The position numbers were made by a program, and so were the translations under genes. From contig CAXXLQ010000004.1 of NCBI GenBank assembly GCA_963668695.2, forward strand, positions 1,216,001-1,280,000: a DNA stretch of 64,000 nt, read 5' to 3'. Below the pieces are notes generated by a model. That model was not told the DNA's origin. It did no database searches and worked only from the letters and a program-made list of their open reading frames with translations. How positions within the stretch are numbered: the stretch's first letter is position 1; every line of letters begins with the position of its first letter. Source of the DNA: Vicinamibacteria bacterium (lineage in GTDB: Bacteria; Acidobacteriota; Vicinamibacteria; Marinacidobacterales; Marinacidobacteraceae). Below, in pieces: positions 1 through 10,600 of this stretch.

Positions 1-2102
1 AAGGTCCCGACGATACCCCCGGATTCGCCGGCTCCCGCAAGATCAGCGGGACGGAGACCGTGTGGGAGGACGTGGAAGAGGGTCGTTGCGACCGCGTTGA
101 TGCCCGAGCCTTTCTCAAGGCGCGACTGATGGACTTTCTCATCAACGACAAGGACCGCCATCCCGGCCAATGGAGATGGGCGCGTTTTCCCGATGGAGAT
201 TGCTACATCTGGCTCCCGATCCCGGAGGATCGCGACCAGGCCTTCATCCATTACGGCGGGGTCGCCATGATGCTCGTGCGCAGGGCGCTCCCGAGGGCGA
301 TCAAGTTTGACGACAGGTATCCGGATCTGCTCGGCCTGACGATGACCGGTTGGGAGCTGGATCGGGAGTTTCTGGTCGCACTCGACAAGCCCGCCTGGGA
401 CGAGGTCGTTCAGGCGTTTCGTACGGAACTCCCGGATCCGGTGATCGAAGCCGCCGTCCGACGGCTTCCGGCGCCGTACTACGAGCTTGTCGGGGAAACC
501 CTCGTGAAGGCGCTCAAGGCGAGGCGCGACGCGCTGCCGGACTTCGTCACTCGATACTACGAACTGATCACGCGCCAGGCCGAAATCCACGCGACCGACG
601 AGGACGAATACGTCCACGCCGAGCACCTGCCGAACGGGGACCTCGTGGTCCGTATCGGTCTTGTCGAGGGCCCCGATGGCGAGCGCGAGCCACCCTATTT
701 CGAGCGGACCTTCCGGCACGACGAGACCCGGGAAGCCCGGATCTACCTCCGGGGCGGAAGCGACCGCGCGGAGATATCGGGGGCAGAGGGCCGGATCTCC
801 GTACGCATCGACGGCGGAGGTGGGAGTGACGCGTTCACCAACGCATCCGAAACGGGCGCCTCAAAGACCCATTTCTATGATTTTCGCGGGAAGAATCTGT
901 TCGTCAAGGGCAAGGGAGCAAGCATCGATGAACGGCGCTATCAGCGTCCCTCCGCTTCGGTCGTTTGGTCGAGGTACGCCTTTGATTGGGGCATGGAGCG
1001 GAGCACCCGCCCGATCCTCTGGGCAGACCCCGATCTTGGCGTGTTCGCGCGAGTGCTCCACAGCCGGAAGTACTTCGGTTTTCGCAAGGATCCGTTCGCC
1101 ACCCGGCATTTGTTCGATGTCGGGCTGGCCAGTAACGGCCTCAAACCCTTTGTGGCGTATACCGGCATCTTTCGTCAGGTAAGGCCCAACATGGACGCGA
1201 GACTAGCCCTCGAATACTCGGGAGTCGAGGTGACCGGCTTCAAGGGCTTCGGCAATGACTTTCGGCTTGAGCATCCGTCCTCCTTCTACCGGGTGGAGCA
1301 AACCCAGTTCGTTTTCGCACCGGCCCTTGAGTTTCGAACGGGGGTGCAGGATGGGGATGCGTCCGGAGATGGGACAAAACCACTGCGCTCGGAACTGGCG
1401 ATCCGCCTGGGGCCGGTCGTCAAGTGGTCGAATACGCCCCTGGATTCGAACGAGGGCTATTTCATCGGTTCTCTCGACTACCCCTTGTACGGGTTGGGCT
1501 TCTTCGGTCAGATAGGAGCCCGGGGCGAAATCGAGTACGACAGCCGCGACAATCCGGTGTACGCCACGCGCGGGTTCTTCGCCCGGGTTACCGCGGCCGG
1601 CTATCCGGGGGCATGGGATGTGGAGTCAGCCTTCGGCAGCGTGCATGGAGAGGCGCGCACGTACCTGACGGCTCGCGTCCCGACCAACCCGACCCTGGCC
1701 CTGAGGGTGGGTGGGAAAAAGGTGTGGGGGACCTATCCCTTTCACGAGAGCGCTTTTCTGGGCGGTCCCGGCCGGGTCGGCCTGGGCCCATCCGAGGGCC
1801 CGCTGCGCGGGTTCCAGAAGAACCGTTTTGCGGGAGACGCTTCGCTCTATGCGAACGCCGAACTGCGGCTGGCGCTGGCCAGCATCAAGGTGCTGGTGCC
1901 CGGAGAGTTCGGTTTGTTCGGGGCGGCTGATGTCGGTAAGGTGTTCTTCGCTGGCGATCCGGCCGATGCCGATGAATGGCACAACGGGAACGGCGGTGGA
2001 TTCTGGCTGTCGTTCCTCGAGCGCCGAACGACCTTGAGCGTTGCCGTCATGAAGGGCCGTGACCTGACGGGCGTGTATTTTCGTGTCGGCTACATGTTCT
2101 AG
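1..2102 (+). CDS. 5'-truncated Omp85/BamA-TamA-type outer membrane protein with N-terminal atypical kinase-like domain
   Basis: Reading frame appears to run off the left edge. N-terminal RLMDFLINDKDRHPGQW and PEDRDQAF resemble catalytic and Mg-binding loops of atypical kinases. C-terminal barrel has YDSRDNP, an LRGF loop-6 motif and a terminal Phe. Confidence 0.8.
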   Translation, partial: GPDDTPGFAGSRKISGTETVWEDVEEGRCDRVDARAFLKARLMDFLINDKDRHPGQWRWARFPDGDCYIWLPIPEDRDQAFIHYGGVAMMLVRRALPRAIKFDDRYPDLLGLTMTGWELDREFLVALDKPAWDEVVQAFRTELPDPVIEAAVRRLPAPYYELVGETLVKALKARRDALPDFVTRYYELITRQAEIHATDEDEYVHAEHLPNGDLVVRIGLVEGPDGEREPPYFERTFRHDETREARIYLRGGSDRAEISGAEGRISVRIDGGGGSDAFTNASETGASKTHFYDFRGKNLFVKGKGASIDERRYQRPSASVVWSRYAFDWGMERSTRPILWADPDLGVFARVLHSRKYFGFRKDPFATRHLFDVGLASNGLKPFVAYTGIFRQVRPNMDARLALEYSGVEVTGFKGFGNDFRLEHPSSFYRVEQTQFVFAPALEFRTGVQDGDASGDGTKPLRSELAIRLGPVVKWSNTPLDSNEGYFIGSLDYPLYGLGFFGQIGARGEIEYDSRDNPVYATRGFFARVTAAGYPGAWDVESAFGSVHGEARTYLTARVPTNPTLALRVGGKKVWGTYPFHESAFLGGPGRVGLGPSEGPLRGFQKNRFAGDASLYANAELRLALASIKVLVPGEFGLFGAADVGKVFFAGDPADADEWHNGNGGGFWLSFLERRTTLSVAVMKGRDLTGVYFRVGYMF

Positions 2103-2120
2103 CGAAGAAGGAGACAACCC

Positions 2121-2846
2121 ATGCTCAGGAACATCATCGTCCGTCTCGTGCTCTACTATCTTTCCGGGCTCGGGTTTCTTGCTGGCGCGTTCCATTTCTT
2201 CCCACGAGTCAGCTATTACATTTCTCAGGAGCGGGACCGCTTCTTTATGGGAACACTGGCCGACGCCGGCGCGGATGTTTCGGCTTTGCTGAAGGATATA
2301 CAGGAGGGACTCGGCCAGTTAGGTGATCAAGAGGGAGTCAACCTGTTGATTGACCCATCACAAATGGTCCCGGTGGTCGTCGCGCTGATCCTCGCCTTCG
2401 GCCTGACGCTGCCGATTACCTGGGTATATCGCTGGACCCATCAGCGAAAGAAATACAGCCAATCGTTCACTCAGACGCTGCTCGTGATACCGATCGCCAT
2501 CGCGCTCGTTGTATTCCTGGTCAAAGGCAGTCTCGCGCTCGCCTTCGGTCTCGCGGGGATCGTGGCCGCCGTTCGTTTCCGGGCCTCGCTCTCTGAACCG
2601 ATGGACGCCGTCTATATGTTGATGGCCATTGGGATCGGATTGGCGGCCGGCACCCAGCTTACGACCGTGGCCTACCTTGCATCGGTGATTTTCGTTGTGA
2701 TAACGCTGGGGGTGTGGAAGAGCAATTTCGGAGCGAAGCCGGCCGTCTTGTCCGGGTGGAGCATCGTTCCGCCGGAAGTACTGGCGCTGGCGCCGGAGAC
2801 GCCCGCCAAGCCCAAAGCGGCGAAGAAACACCGAGACGCGACGTAA
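2121..2846 (+). CDS. DUF4956-family membrane protein (MgtC/SapB-like)
   Basis: SLALAFGLAGIVAAVRFR and DAVYMLMAIGIGLAAG motifs; several TM segments; GGAG RBS upstream. Confidence 0.85.
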   Translation: MLRNIIVRLVLYYLSGLGFLAGAFHFFPRVSYYISQERDRFFMGTLADAGADVSALLKDIQEGLGQLGDQEGVNLLIDPSQMVPVVVALILAFGLTLPITWVYRWTHQRKKYSQSFTQTLLVIPIAIALVVFLVKGSLALAFGLAGIVAAVRFRASLSEPMDAVYMLMAIGIGLAAGTQLTTVAYLASVIFVVITLGVWKSNFGAKPAVLSGWSIVPPEVLALAPETPAKPKAAKKHRDAT

Positions 2847-2896
2847 GGATCCACAGCGACAGAGCTGTAGCGGCAGAACCACGGAGGCTGCTCGGA

Positions 2897-3844
2897 TTGC
2901 GTTTTCTCTTCGGGGTTATCTCCTGTCTGCTGTTGTTGACCTGGATTGATTCCGAAGGAACGGCAGAAGGAGTCCCATCAGGATCCCCAGCCGAGATCGG
3001 CGTGGCCCGGACTCCGCCGGACCACAGCGAGGTGTCGCGAATACGTCAGAGCGGAGTCTCCCTCGATGACTATGGACTGCGGGCCGGGAGCGCGATGCAT
3101 TGGGCACTCCCACGGCGGCTCCAGGAGATCTCCGGTCTGGCAATGACGAGCGACCACCGGCTGTTGGCGCACAACGACGAAGTCGGTGTCGTCTTCGAGA
3201 TCGACTATCGGGACGGGTCGATCGTGAAGGAATTTCAACTGGCGGACATGGCGGACCCGGTCGCCGATGACTTCGAGGGCATTGCGGTGGCCGACGGCCG
3301 GATCTACCTGGTCACCAGTGCAGGCAGGCTCTACGAATGTCGCGAGGGGGATGCCGGGGAGTCCGTGCTCTTCCGTGTCCATGCCACCGGCGTCGGCCGC
3401 GACTGTGAAATAGAGGGCTTGACGTATGACGCAGGCCGACGAGAGCTCTTGCTGATGTGCAAGGACGCGCGTAGTGAGGACCTTGCAGGGCGTTTGGCGA
3501 TGTACCGCTGGTCCGTCGACGAACAACGGCTGAGCGCCGATCCGCCCACCGTATTGCCTGTCCGTGACTTCGCTCGGCGCATCGGGTCAAACCGTTACTG
3601 GCCATCGGGAATCGAACGACACCCGGCGTCCGGGAACTACTTCGTGGTAGCGGCTCGTCAAGGCGCCATCGCGGAGATGACACCGGCCGGTGAGGTCTTG
3701 GCCGCGAGGCGGTTCACCGCCGGGTGGCATCGTCAGGTCGAAGGGATTGCTTTCGCCGCAGACGGCGCTCTGATCGTTGCCGATGAGGGAGGCGGGGGAA
3801 GAGCGAGCCTGACCGTCTATCCGGGACCGGGGAGTCGCGACTAG
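2897..3844 (+). CDS. SdiA-regulated (YjiK-like) beta-propeller protein, exported; start uncertain (TTG 2897 chosen)
   Basis: Repeated blade motifs LQEISGL, DFEGIAV, EIEGLTYD, PSGIERHP, QVEGIAF..DEG; hydrophobic N-terminus. Confidence 0.75.
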   Translation: MRFLFGVISCLLLLTWIDSEGTAEGVPSGSPAEIGVARTPPDHSEVSRIRQSGVSLDDYGLRAGSAMHWALPRRLQEISGLAMTSDHRLLAHNDEVGVVFEIDYRDGSIVKEFQLADMADPVADDFEGIAVADGRIYLVTSAGRLYECREGDAGESVLFRVHATGVGRDCEIEGLTYDAGRRELLLMCKDARSEDLAGRLAMYRWSVDEQRLSADPPTVLPVRDFARRIGSNRYWPSGIERHPASGNYFVVAARQGAIAEMTPAGEVLAARRFTAGWHRQVEGIAFAADGALIVADEGGGGRASLTVYPGPGSRD

Positions 3845-3931
3845 CAGCGAAGCGGCGTGGTTCGGGCGGGATGCATCGCCGGCCGAGCCCCCACCGGGAG
3901 AACTGGGCCGCGTGGGTTTTGCCACAGGCTG
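3845..3931. mobile_element. Partial family-A MITE with one 18-bp unit
   Basis: Begins right after CTAG (stop of the upstream gene), ends CCACAGGCTG-CTAA; 18-mer at 3889-3906. Confidence 0.7.
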
Positions 3932-3965
3932 CTAACGGCGCGGTGCTCCGCGCGAGCTGAACCGT

Positions 3966-5135
3966 ATGCGGATACGCTCGATCTCGGCGGCGTCTCGCGG
4001 CGTTGTCGTCGTGGGAGCTTTGCGAACCATTCTGGTGCTCGCCATGGTGGCCGGCGCCAGCGGGATCGGGACCGGAGCCTCCACCGGGAGAACCGGCGAT
4101 CCGGCTTCCGGTGTGCACCGCCCGGACGCGGGGCCGGCGGCGCGGTTCATCCTCGTCGGAGACACCGGTACCGGCGATGCCCGCGCCCAAAGAATCGCGG
4201 CTGAGATCCGCCGCCGGGCTGAGGCGGTGGCCGTGTCCCACGTCTTTCTGCTGGGAGACAATGTGTATAAACACGGCGAGGCGCAGTGGATCGCCCCACG
4301 GTTTCTTGACGTGTACCGCGGGGTCTTTTCCCTCGGGGTGAGGATTCACGCAGCGCTTGGCAACCATGACGTGGAACACTGCCGGGACTCGGGGCGGAGG
4401 CCCGTTCCCCGGGATGAATCCGCCTACGAGCTGTCGCGCCGGTGCGAAGTCGATGCCCACCTGGCGACGCCCGAATTCGGCTATCGAGACCGCTTCCGCT
4501 ACTACTCGATCGAGATTCCGGGGTCCCAGCCAGATCGGCGCAGAGACGGGAGCGGGGATCAGGGCCGCCCGCGATCACCGCAACCGCTGGTCGAGGTGTT
4601 CGTGCTGGATTCCAATACGCTCGGAAAAACACAGACGAAGCTCGAGCACGGCTCGGATGAACCGCAACTCCGCTGGCTTGCCGAGGCGCTCGGTCGTTCC
4701 ACGGCACGGTGGAAGGTCATCGCGATGCACCACCCGGTGTACACACCCAAGCGATGCAAGTGGCTCCGATTCGGATGCCGCGGTGAGGACGGCGCGCTCA
4801 GTGCCGAGCTTGAGCCGATCTTCCGGGACTTCGGGGTGGATGTCGTCTTCCAGGGCCACCAGCACCTGTACGCGCGGCTCAAGCCACAGCGCGGCATCCG
4901 GTTCTTCGTGACGGGCGCCGGAGGAAAGAAGGCTGATTCCGCTCGGGACGACGAACGTACCGTGCCGCGTGAGGACCGGGGCGACTTCAACCACTTCGTG
5001 TACGTGCGCGCGACCGAGGATCGTTTCGGCTACTGCGTCATTGACGCGGAGGGGGATGTTCGGGATAGCGGAAGCTTCGCGCGTCGTGCCATCACCGATG
5101 AGGAACTCGAAGACGCCGCCTGTTCGGCGTCCTGA
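3966..5135 (+). CDS. Exported calcineurin-like metallophosphoesterase (purple acid phosphatase-like)
   Basis: GDTG, LGDNVY, LGNHD, MHHP and GHQHLY motifs; signal-peptide-like N-terminus. Confidence 0.9.
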   Translation: MRIRSISAASRGVVVVGALRTILVLAMVAGASGIGTGASTGRTGDPASGVHRPDAGPAARFILVGDTGTGDARAQRIAAEIRRRAEAVAVSHVFLLGDNVYKHGEAQWIAPRFLDVYRGVFSLGVRIHAALGNHDVEHCRDSGRRPVPRDESAYELSRRCEVDAHLATPEFGYRDRFRYYSIEIPGSQPDRRRDGSGDQGRPRSPQPLVEVFVLDSNTLGKTQTKLEHGSDEPQLRWLAEALGRSTARWKVIAMHHPVYTPKRCKWLRFGCRGEDGALSAELEPIFRDFGVDVVFQGHQHLYARLKPQRGIRFFVTGAGGKKADSARDDERTVPREDRGDFNHFVYVRATEDRFGYCVIDAEGDVRDSGSFARRAITDEELEDAACSAS

Positions 5136-5276
5136 CCCCCGAATCAGGACGGTCCCCCGGCAGGGTCGGAGCCCAACGGAGGAGGTGCGAACTCGGCGGG
5201 CGTCCGGCCGCTGCCTTCGCGCCTCACCTACCCGCAGGATGCCTTGAAGCACCCGCCTACCAGGCGAGCGTTACCG

Positions 5277-6305
5277 TCAGACCCCGCACTCGTTGCCACC
5301 ACAGTCGCACTGCTGGGTGCGGCCGCCGAATGCCAACGCGGGTGCTGCTGCGAACCAACCCCACAGGATTGTTGCAGCCGCCGCAAGCGGCCGGCGTGCC
5401 GCCAATCGCCGTTGCCAGGACCCGCCGTATCCGCCGCTGTGCTCTGCGGCCTCGATGGCGCGTCCGGCTTGTCCTGCGAGCTGATCGCAGAGGATATTCT
5501 CAACCACCTCGCGGTGACGCTGCAATGGCAGCCTTTCCACCAGCGCCCTAGTCCGCTTCAGCGCCGCCTTCAAGTCCCGGTGGGCGCTCCGCAGTCGTGC
5601 CGGGGCCACTGCGCCGCTTTCCAGACACGGATTGAAGTTTCCGTGGTGGCGATCCTGATGCAGATCCTCCAGAGCGTCCGTCAGGTAGATCACCTGTCCC
5701 ACTGCGAAACCCAATGCTTGCAGATTGTTGCGGCCCGCCTCGGTCCGGATCTCCGGAATGGCCTCCGGTAGATCAGCCACCGCCGCGAAGATCATGCCGA
5801 GCGCCAAGGAGGTCGGTTCCGCCGCCGCGGCCGGAGTCGGGTGGCCAGCCTCGGTCTTCTTCTGGCGGAACTCGAACCCTTCCAGAGCCCGAAGGTCTAT
5901 TCCGAAACCCTCCAGAAGACGCTGTGCTCGGGCCACCGGAGCCCGCAGCAGCGGTCGCGCCAAGCGGGGAAAGCGCCGTCCGTCCATTGCCCGGTCGGCG
6001 AGCCACTGGTCCCCTAGAAGGACCTGGACGGCGCCACCGTAGAGCATGGCCGGGGTGTCGTGTTCCACCGCCGCCTTATGGCGAGTCGGTACCAGGGGGC
6101 ACCGGTAGCTGGCCTGCGCCGCCTCCTTGTCGGAGAAAGCGTCGGCCAGCACGGCCATGAACACGGCATCGTTGCTTAGCGTGGCCCGGAGCGGCTGTCC
6201 GAATTGGCTCCCCAGCGTCTTGCACATTCCGCAGTAGAAGCGTGAGTGTTCCACCTTCAACGCCTCATCGACATTGCTTCGGTCCAATTTCAATGTTCCG
6301 AACAT
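5277..6305 (-). CDS. DUF5685-family protein (isoprenoid-synthase-like fold) with hydrophobic, Cys-rich tail
   Basis: MFG start, YCGMCKTLG..FG...R.TLSND, CPLVP, and YLTDALEDL..D...GNFNP. Confidence 0.8.
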   Translation of the reverse strand: MFGTLKLDRSNVDEALKVEHSRFYCGMCKTLGSQFGQPLRATLSNDAVFMAVLADAFSDKEAAQASYRCPLVPTRHKAAVEHDTPAMLYGGAVQVLLGDQWLADRAMDGRRFPRLARPLLRAPVARAQRLLEGFGIDLRALEGFEFRQKKTEAGHPTPAAAAEPTSLALGMIFAAVADLPEAIPEIRTEAGRNNLQALGFAVGQVIYLTDALEDLHQDRHHGNFNPCLESGAVAPARLRSAHRDLKAALKRTRALVERLPLQRHREVVENILCDQLAGQAGRAIEAAEHSGGYGGSWQRRLAARRPLAAAATILWGWFAAAPALAFGGRTQQCDCGGNECGV

Positions 6306-7522
6306 GATCTCTCCTCTCTGGTGCTCTCCAGAATGAACTTTGTCCAGCCGTGCGGATCATGGAGAAGAGGCCGCACTTGCTGGTGGCTGGCGGAACGCTG
6401 GCAAGCGGGGTGTTGCAGATAGCGCCACAGCAAAAAGCCATGGATCCACTCCAGGATTGGCCCTACCTGACCAAGGTCCGCTAGCGGCGCGAGCAAGCTG
6501 CGTCGCTGCTCCAGCGCGGGCAAGCATGCCAGATCCGCCCCCGAGTTGGCATAGAGCGCGTAGAGCGCGCCGCTGTCCCTGCGCGCTACGGCCGCCAGGA
6601 ACGTCTCCGGATTATTCTGGTAGGCGTAGTGGCCGGGAACGCTGCAGACGAGCCCATCCTGGGTGTCCTTGTCCAGGTCCGCGAGCGCGTCGGCCTGCTG
6701 GATGAACTGTCCCCACGCGAAGAAAGCTTCTTCCTCGGCGGCTTGGAGCGATCGTGCGGCGTCTGCCGGGAGGGTTCCCACGAGCGTGATCATCAACAGC
6801 CAGGCGCCACTGATGTCGCGCGTGGCCCGGGACACCTGTTGCCGCGGAACTTTGCCGGGGTGTCTACTCAAGATGCTCACCCCGCGCGCTTGAATTTCCC
6901 ATCCCAGCGCGATGACCGAAACCAGGTGTCTCAGGCGGCTCGGGTCTCCGCTCAGCGCTTCCAGCCGCTGCCCTAGCGCCGCCGCCAGCAGGCAACGCGT
7001 TTCCTGGGTGGCCGGGGTGCCCGTTCGGACAGAGGCCAGCGTCGGTGCGAGGCGAGTCCGCACTCGATCGGCGACGACCTCTGTCTCGGTAATCATTCCG
7101 CCGTGGAATGCGGCGCTGTCGATCACCTGATCGTCGATTTTGGTAAGCAGTGACAACATGACGGCCGCGGTTCCAACATCCGTTGCATGCAAACGCCCGC
7201 CGAGCGCCCGGTACGCTTCCAGGCCCAACGCGGCCAGTGCCGCACACAACACTCGGCTACGTGGTGAAACGGTGCCACTGGGATCGGCGGCAGCGACGAG
7301 GGGTTCACAGTGGTTCAGGTGAACGCGCCCGGCACGAAGGAGTTCAGGCCCGAGGGGCAGCGCCGACACCGTGTGCACACTAGCGGAGCAAACGTACCAT
7401 GTGGATGCCCCGTTCTCGAAGGACACGCAAAACTGGGACCTGTCCCCCGGATGGGCCCTCGGTGCTCGTGCCACTTCGTTCACGGGCTGCCCGGACGTCC
7501 GAGCGGTCGGCGCCGTGCTCAA
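6290..7522 (-). CDS. Class I isoprenoid/terpene synthase-fold protein; start uncertain
   Basis: First Asp-rich motif KIDDQVID and second QQADALADLDKDTQDG; overlaps the DUF5685 start. Confidence 0.65.
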   Translation of the reverse strand: MSTAPTARTSGQPVNEVARAPRAHPGDRSQFCVSFENGASTWYVCSASVHTVSALPLGPELLRAGRVHLNHCEPLVAAADPSGTVSPRSRVLCAALAALGLEAYRALGGRLHATDVGTAAVMLSLLTKIDDQVIDSAAFHGGMITETEVVADRVRTRLAPTLASVRTGTPATQETRCLLAAALGQRLEALSGDPSRLRHLVSVIALGWEIQARGVSILSRHPGKVPRQQVSRATRDISGAWLLMITLVGTLPADAARSLQAAEEEAFFAWGQFIQQADALADLDKDTQDGLVCSVPGHYAYQNNPETFLAAVARRDSGALYALYANSGADLACLPALEQRRSLLAPLADLGQVGPILEWIHGFLLWRYLQHPACQRSASHQQVRPLLHDPHGWTKFILESTREERSCSEH

Positions 7523-7653
7523 CGACGCCGTAGACGCGGCTGCGTGACAGGCTTTGAGCCCAGGTGTGGTGTGATCGGTAACATGAGGGTCATCGCGGGA
7601 GCGCCGATGGGTGGCGGCGAGTTCCTGGTCGGCGTGGAACCCGCGGAATCCCC

Positions 7654-10600
7654 GTGACCGCTAACGCTCCAGCCCGCCGATTCCGCTACACCAGGCTCGT
7701 CGGGATTGGATGCCTGCTCCTCCTCGTAGCCTTCGCCGGAATTGTCCGGGTTGCCGGGAGGATCGACCAGGAAAGGCTCCTGGCTGCTATTTCGGGCCGG
7801 CTCTCCGAGGCGCTCGGTCGTCCGGTCGCGGTTGGCGGCGTCCGGATCTCACTTCCGGAGGGTGAATTCGTTCTTCGCGGTCTGCATCTGGGCAGGGAAC
7901 CCACGGACGTTGGACCGGCGCCCCCGGCCATCTCGATCGACGAGATCCGGGGGAATCTGGGCCTATGGTCCCTGGCGTTGGCGCGTCTCCATTTCGAAAG
8001 TCTGGCGGTCGAGGGGTTGAGTTACCGGGCACGGTACGACGGGAGCCAACCACGTTCCGATTCTGGAAGTCGCGGATCGGGATTCGAGACGCTCGCGGGT
8101 CGCCTCTCGTTCTCTTCGGAGCGCTTTTCGGTTTCGGGGACGACCATCAGCTACCGCAATCTCCTCACGCCGTGGGAAGTCCGGGCGGACCAAGTGGCGT
8201 TCGATTTCCGGGTGACCGAAGAAGGCGGTGTGGACGGAGAGGTCCGCTCCGAGTTGGGGGTGATTCGTCTTCAGGAACTGTCGGGTGTCCCCACGGCGCT
8301 CGCGATGGAGTTCCGCATCCGCGGGAACCGGCTTCACTTGGATCGGCTGGCACTTCAAACCGATCTCCTGGCGGTGAACCTGAATGGGTCGCTGGACCTG
8401 AGCAACAACATGGCGGGTACGCTGAGGGTGGTCGGCAGCGCCGATGCCGGTGGGCTTAGCCGCTTTCTTCTTGACTTCGAGGGGATGGACACCCGAGGGA
8501 GTCCGCCGCTGCGCTTTGACGGGACCGCAGGGTTGCGGGAGGACGGTCTCGTGGTGGACGGCGAGCTGAACCTGCCAGGCGGCCGCCTCTACGGAGTGCC
8601 GCTCCGTGACTGGAAGGGCCGCGTCCACTGGGGTCCGGAGCGACTCGAAGTTCTTTCCTCCGCGGGGATTGTCGCCGGGGGGGCCGCCACCCTGCGTGCG
8701 CTTCAGGTGAACCCGGCTGGAGAAAACCCGGCGGAGATCGCGCTGACCGTCCGCGACGCGTCCCTGGCCCTCGTCGTCGAGGGATTGTTCGGGACTCCAA
8801 CCACGCTGCGCTCGCGCGTCACCCTCGACGCCGATCTCCGCATCCCGTTCGTGGATCCCTTGCTGATGACCGGAACGATTGATGCGACGGGGGAGAGGCC
8901 GGAGGCCAGATCCGGCGAGCTGCCTTTCGGTCTTGAGGCGGAGCTGGCCATGGATGAGGAAACGATCACGGTTAAGCGATTCGTTGCTGAAGGCGCAGCC
9001 TTCCGGAGCACGATCGAGGGTCGGTACTCGCGAGCCGGGGATGCCGACTTTGTGGTGAGCTCCGTCGCAGGTGAAGCGGCGGAGGTGGACGCGGTTCAGC
9101 AGGAGTTTCGGCGGGTGGTCTTCGGAGAAGATCCGGAGACCACCTTCTGGGATGTGTCCGGCGTGGGTGGGTTCGAGGGAACCGTGCAGGGCCGGTGGCC
9201 CGCTCTGGTGATCGAAGGGGAGGTGGAGGGCCAGTCGATGCGCTTTTCCACCATCCATGCCGAGACGTTGACCGCGACCGCCCGGATCGATCCCGACACC
9301 ATCCGGATCGAAAGCTTGAGCGCGCGAGCGGGAGCGGGGCGGCTTTCCGCCTCGGGATTCTTCGATAGGGGCCCCGGCGAGTACCCGGACATGGAGTTCG
9401 AGGCTGAGTGGGACCTGTGGGACGTCCGGGAAATCGTTGATTTTCTGGAGTGGGACCTCGCGTGGGACGGCGTCGTCAGCGGCCGGAGCACCACGGTGCG
9501 ACGCAGTGGGCGCTCCAGCGGCAGCGGAAACGTGGTGAGCTCGGGCGGAATGCTTCTCGAACAACCCTTCGACGAACTGTCCATTGCCTGGAGCCTCGAT
9601 GGCGAGTCCGTCCGATTGGCCCCGCTGACCGCGGCCTTTCGGGGAGGGAGCGTGGAGGGAGCCCTCGACCTCGATCTGGTAGGCGGGACCATGGAAGGCT
9701 CCCTGACCGGCCGGGACTATCCGCTGACACCCGGGCTGGGCCCGGAATGGATTTCGCTTCGCTCGGACTTCCGAGTGGACATCGGGGGCGACCTGCTGGT
9801 TCCGGAGCTTCTCGTGCAGGGGAGTTTTCCCGCCGGCACGGTGGCGGACCTGCCGCTGGGTCCAGGGGTGCTTGAGGCCTCCCTTCGCGGCGAACGCTTC
9901 GAGGCGAGCGGGACCCTGGATTCCGGCGCCGCGTCGTTCGAGATAACCGGAACGGTCGACGCCGAGACCGCCGGAACGGCCACGCTGCGGGAATTCGACG
10001 TTGCGTCGCTACTCGTCGATGCGCCTGACGAGCGGGGGATTTCGATAGTGGTCAGCGGGGCCGGCGATTTCCGCATTGAAGACCCCCTCGACGAGTGGAT
10101 GACGGGAGAAGCAACTCTCGACAGCCTCAAGATCTCGGCGCCGGACTTCGTTGCCGAATCCGGCGGCCCGACCCACATCCGGATGGAGGACGGCGCCGTT
10201 CAGGTGGAAGGATTCCGTCTTCTGCACGCCGAGGGTGAGCTCCGGGCAGGGGGTTCCATCGATCTCGACGAGGAACGTCTCGACCTGACCCTGCTCGGGA
10301 AGGGTTCGTTACGGGCGGCCGAACTGTTCGTGCCCGGACTGAGTGCGGACGGCGGGTTCCAACTGGAGGCGGCGGTCGCCGGCCCCTCGGCCGAACCCGA
10401 GGTGTTCGGCACGGCAACGATCCGGGACGGCTCCTTCCGCATGGACGGTTTTCCGCACGGGCTGACCGAGGTGGATGGATCGGTGACCTTCGACCAGCGG
10501 ACGCTGAGGATCGACGAGGTGAAGGGCCGGGTGGCTTCCGGCGAGGTTGTCGTATCCGGTTCGGTTTTGATCGCGGATACGGAACTCGGCCCCAGCGATC

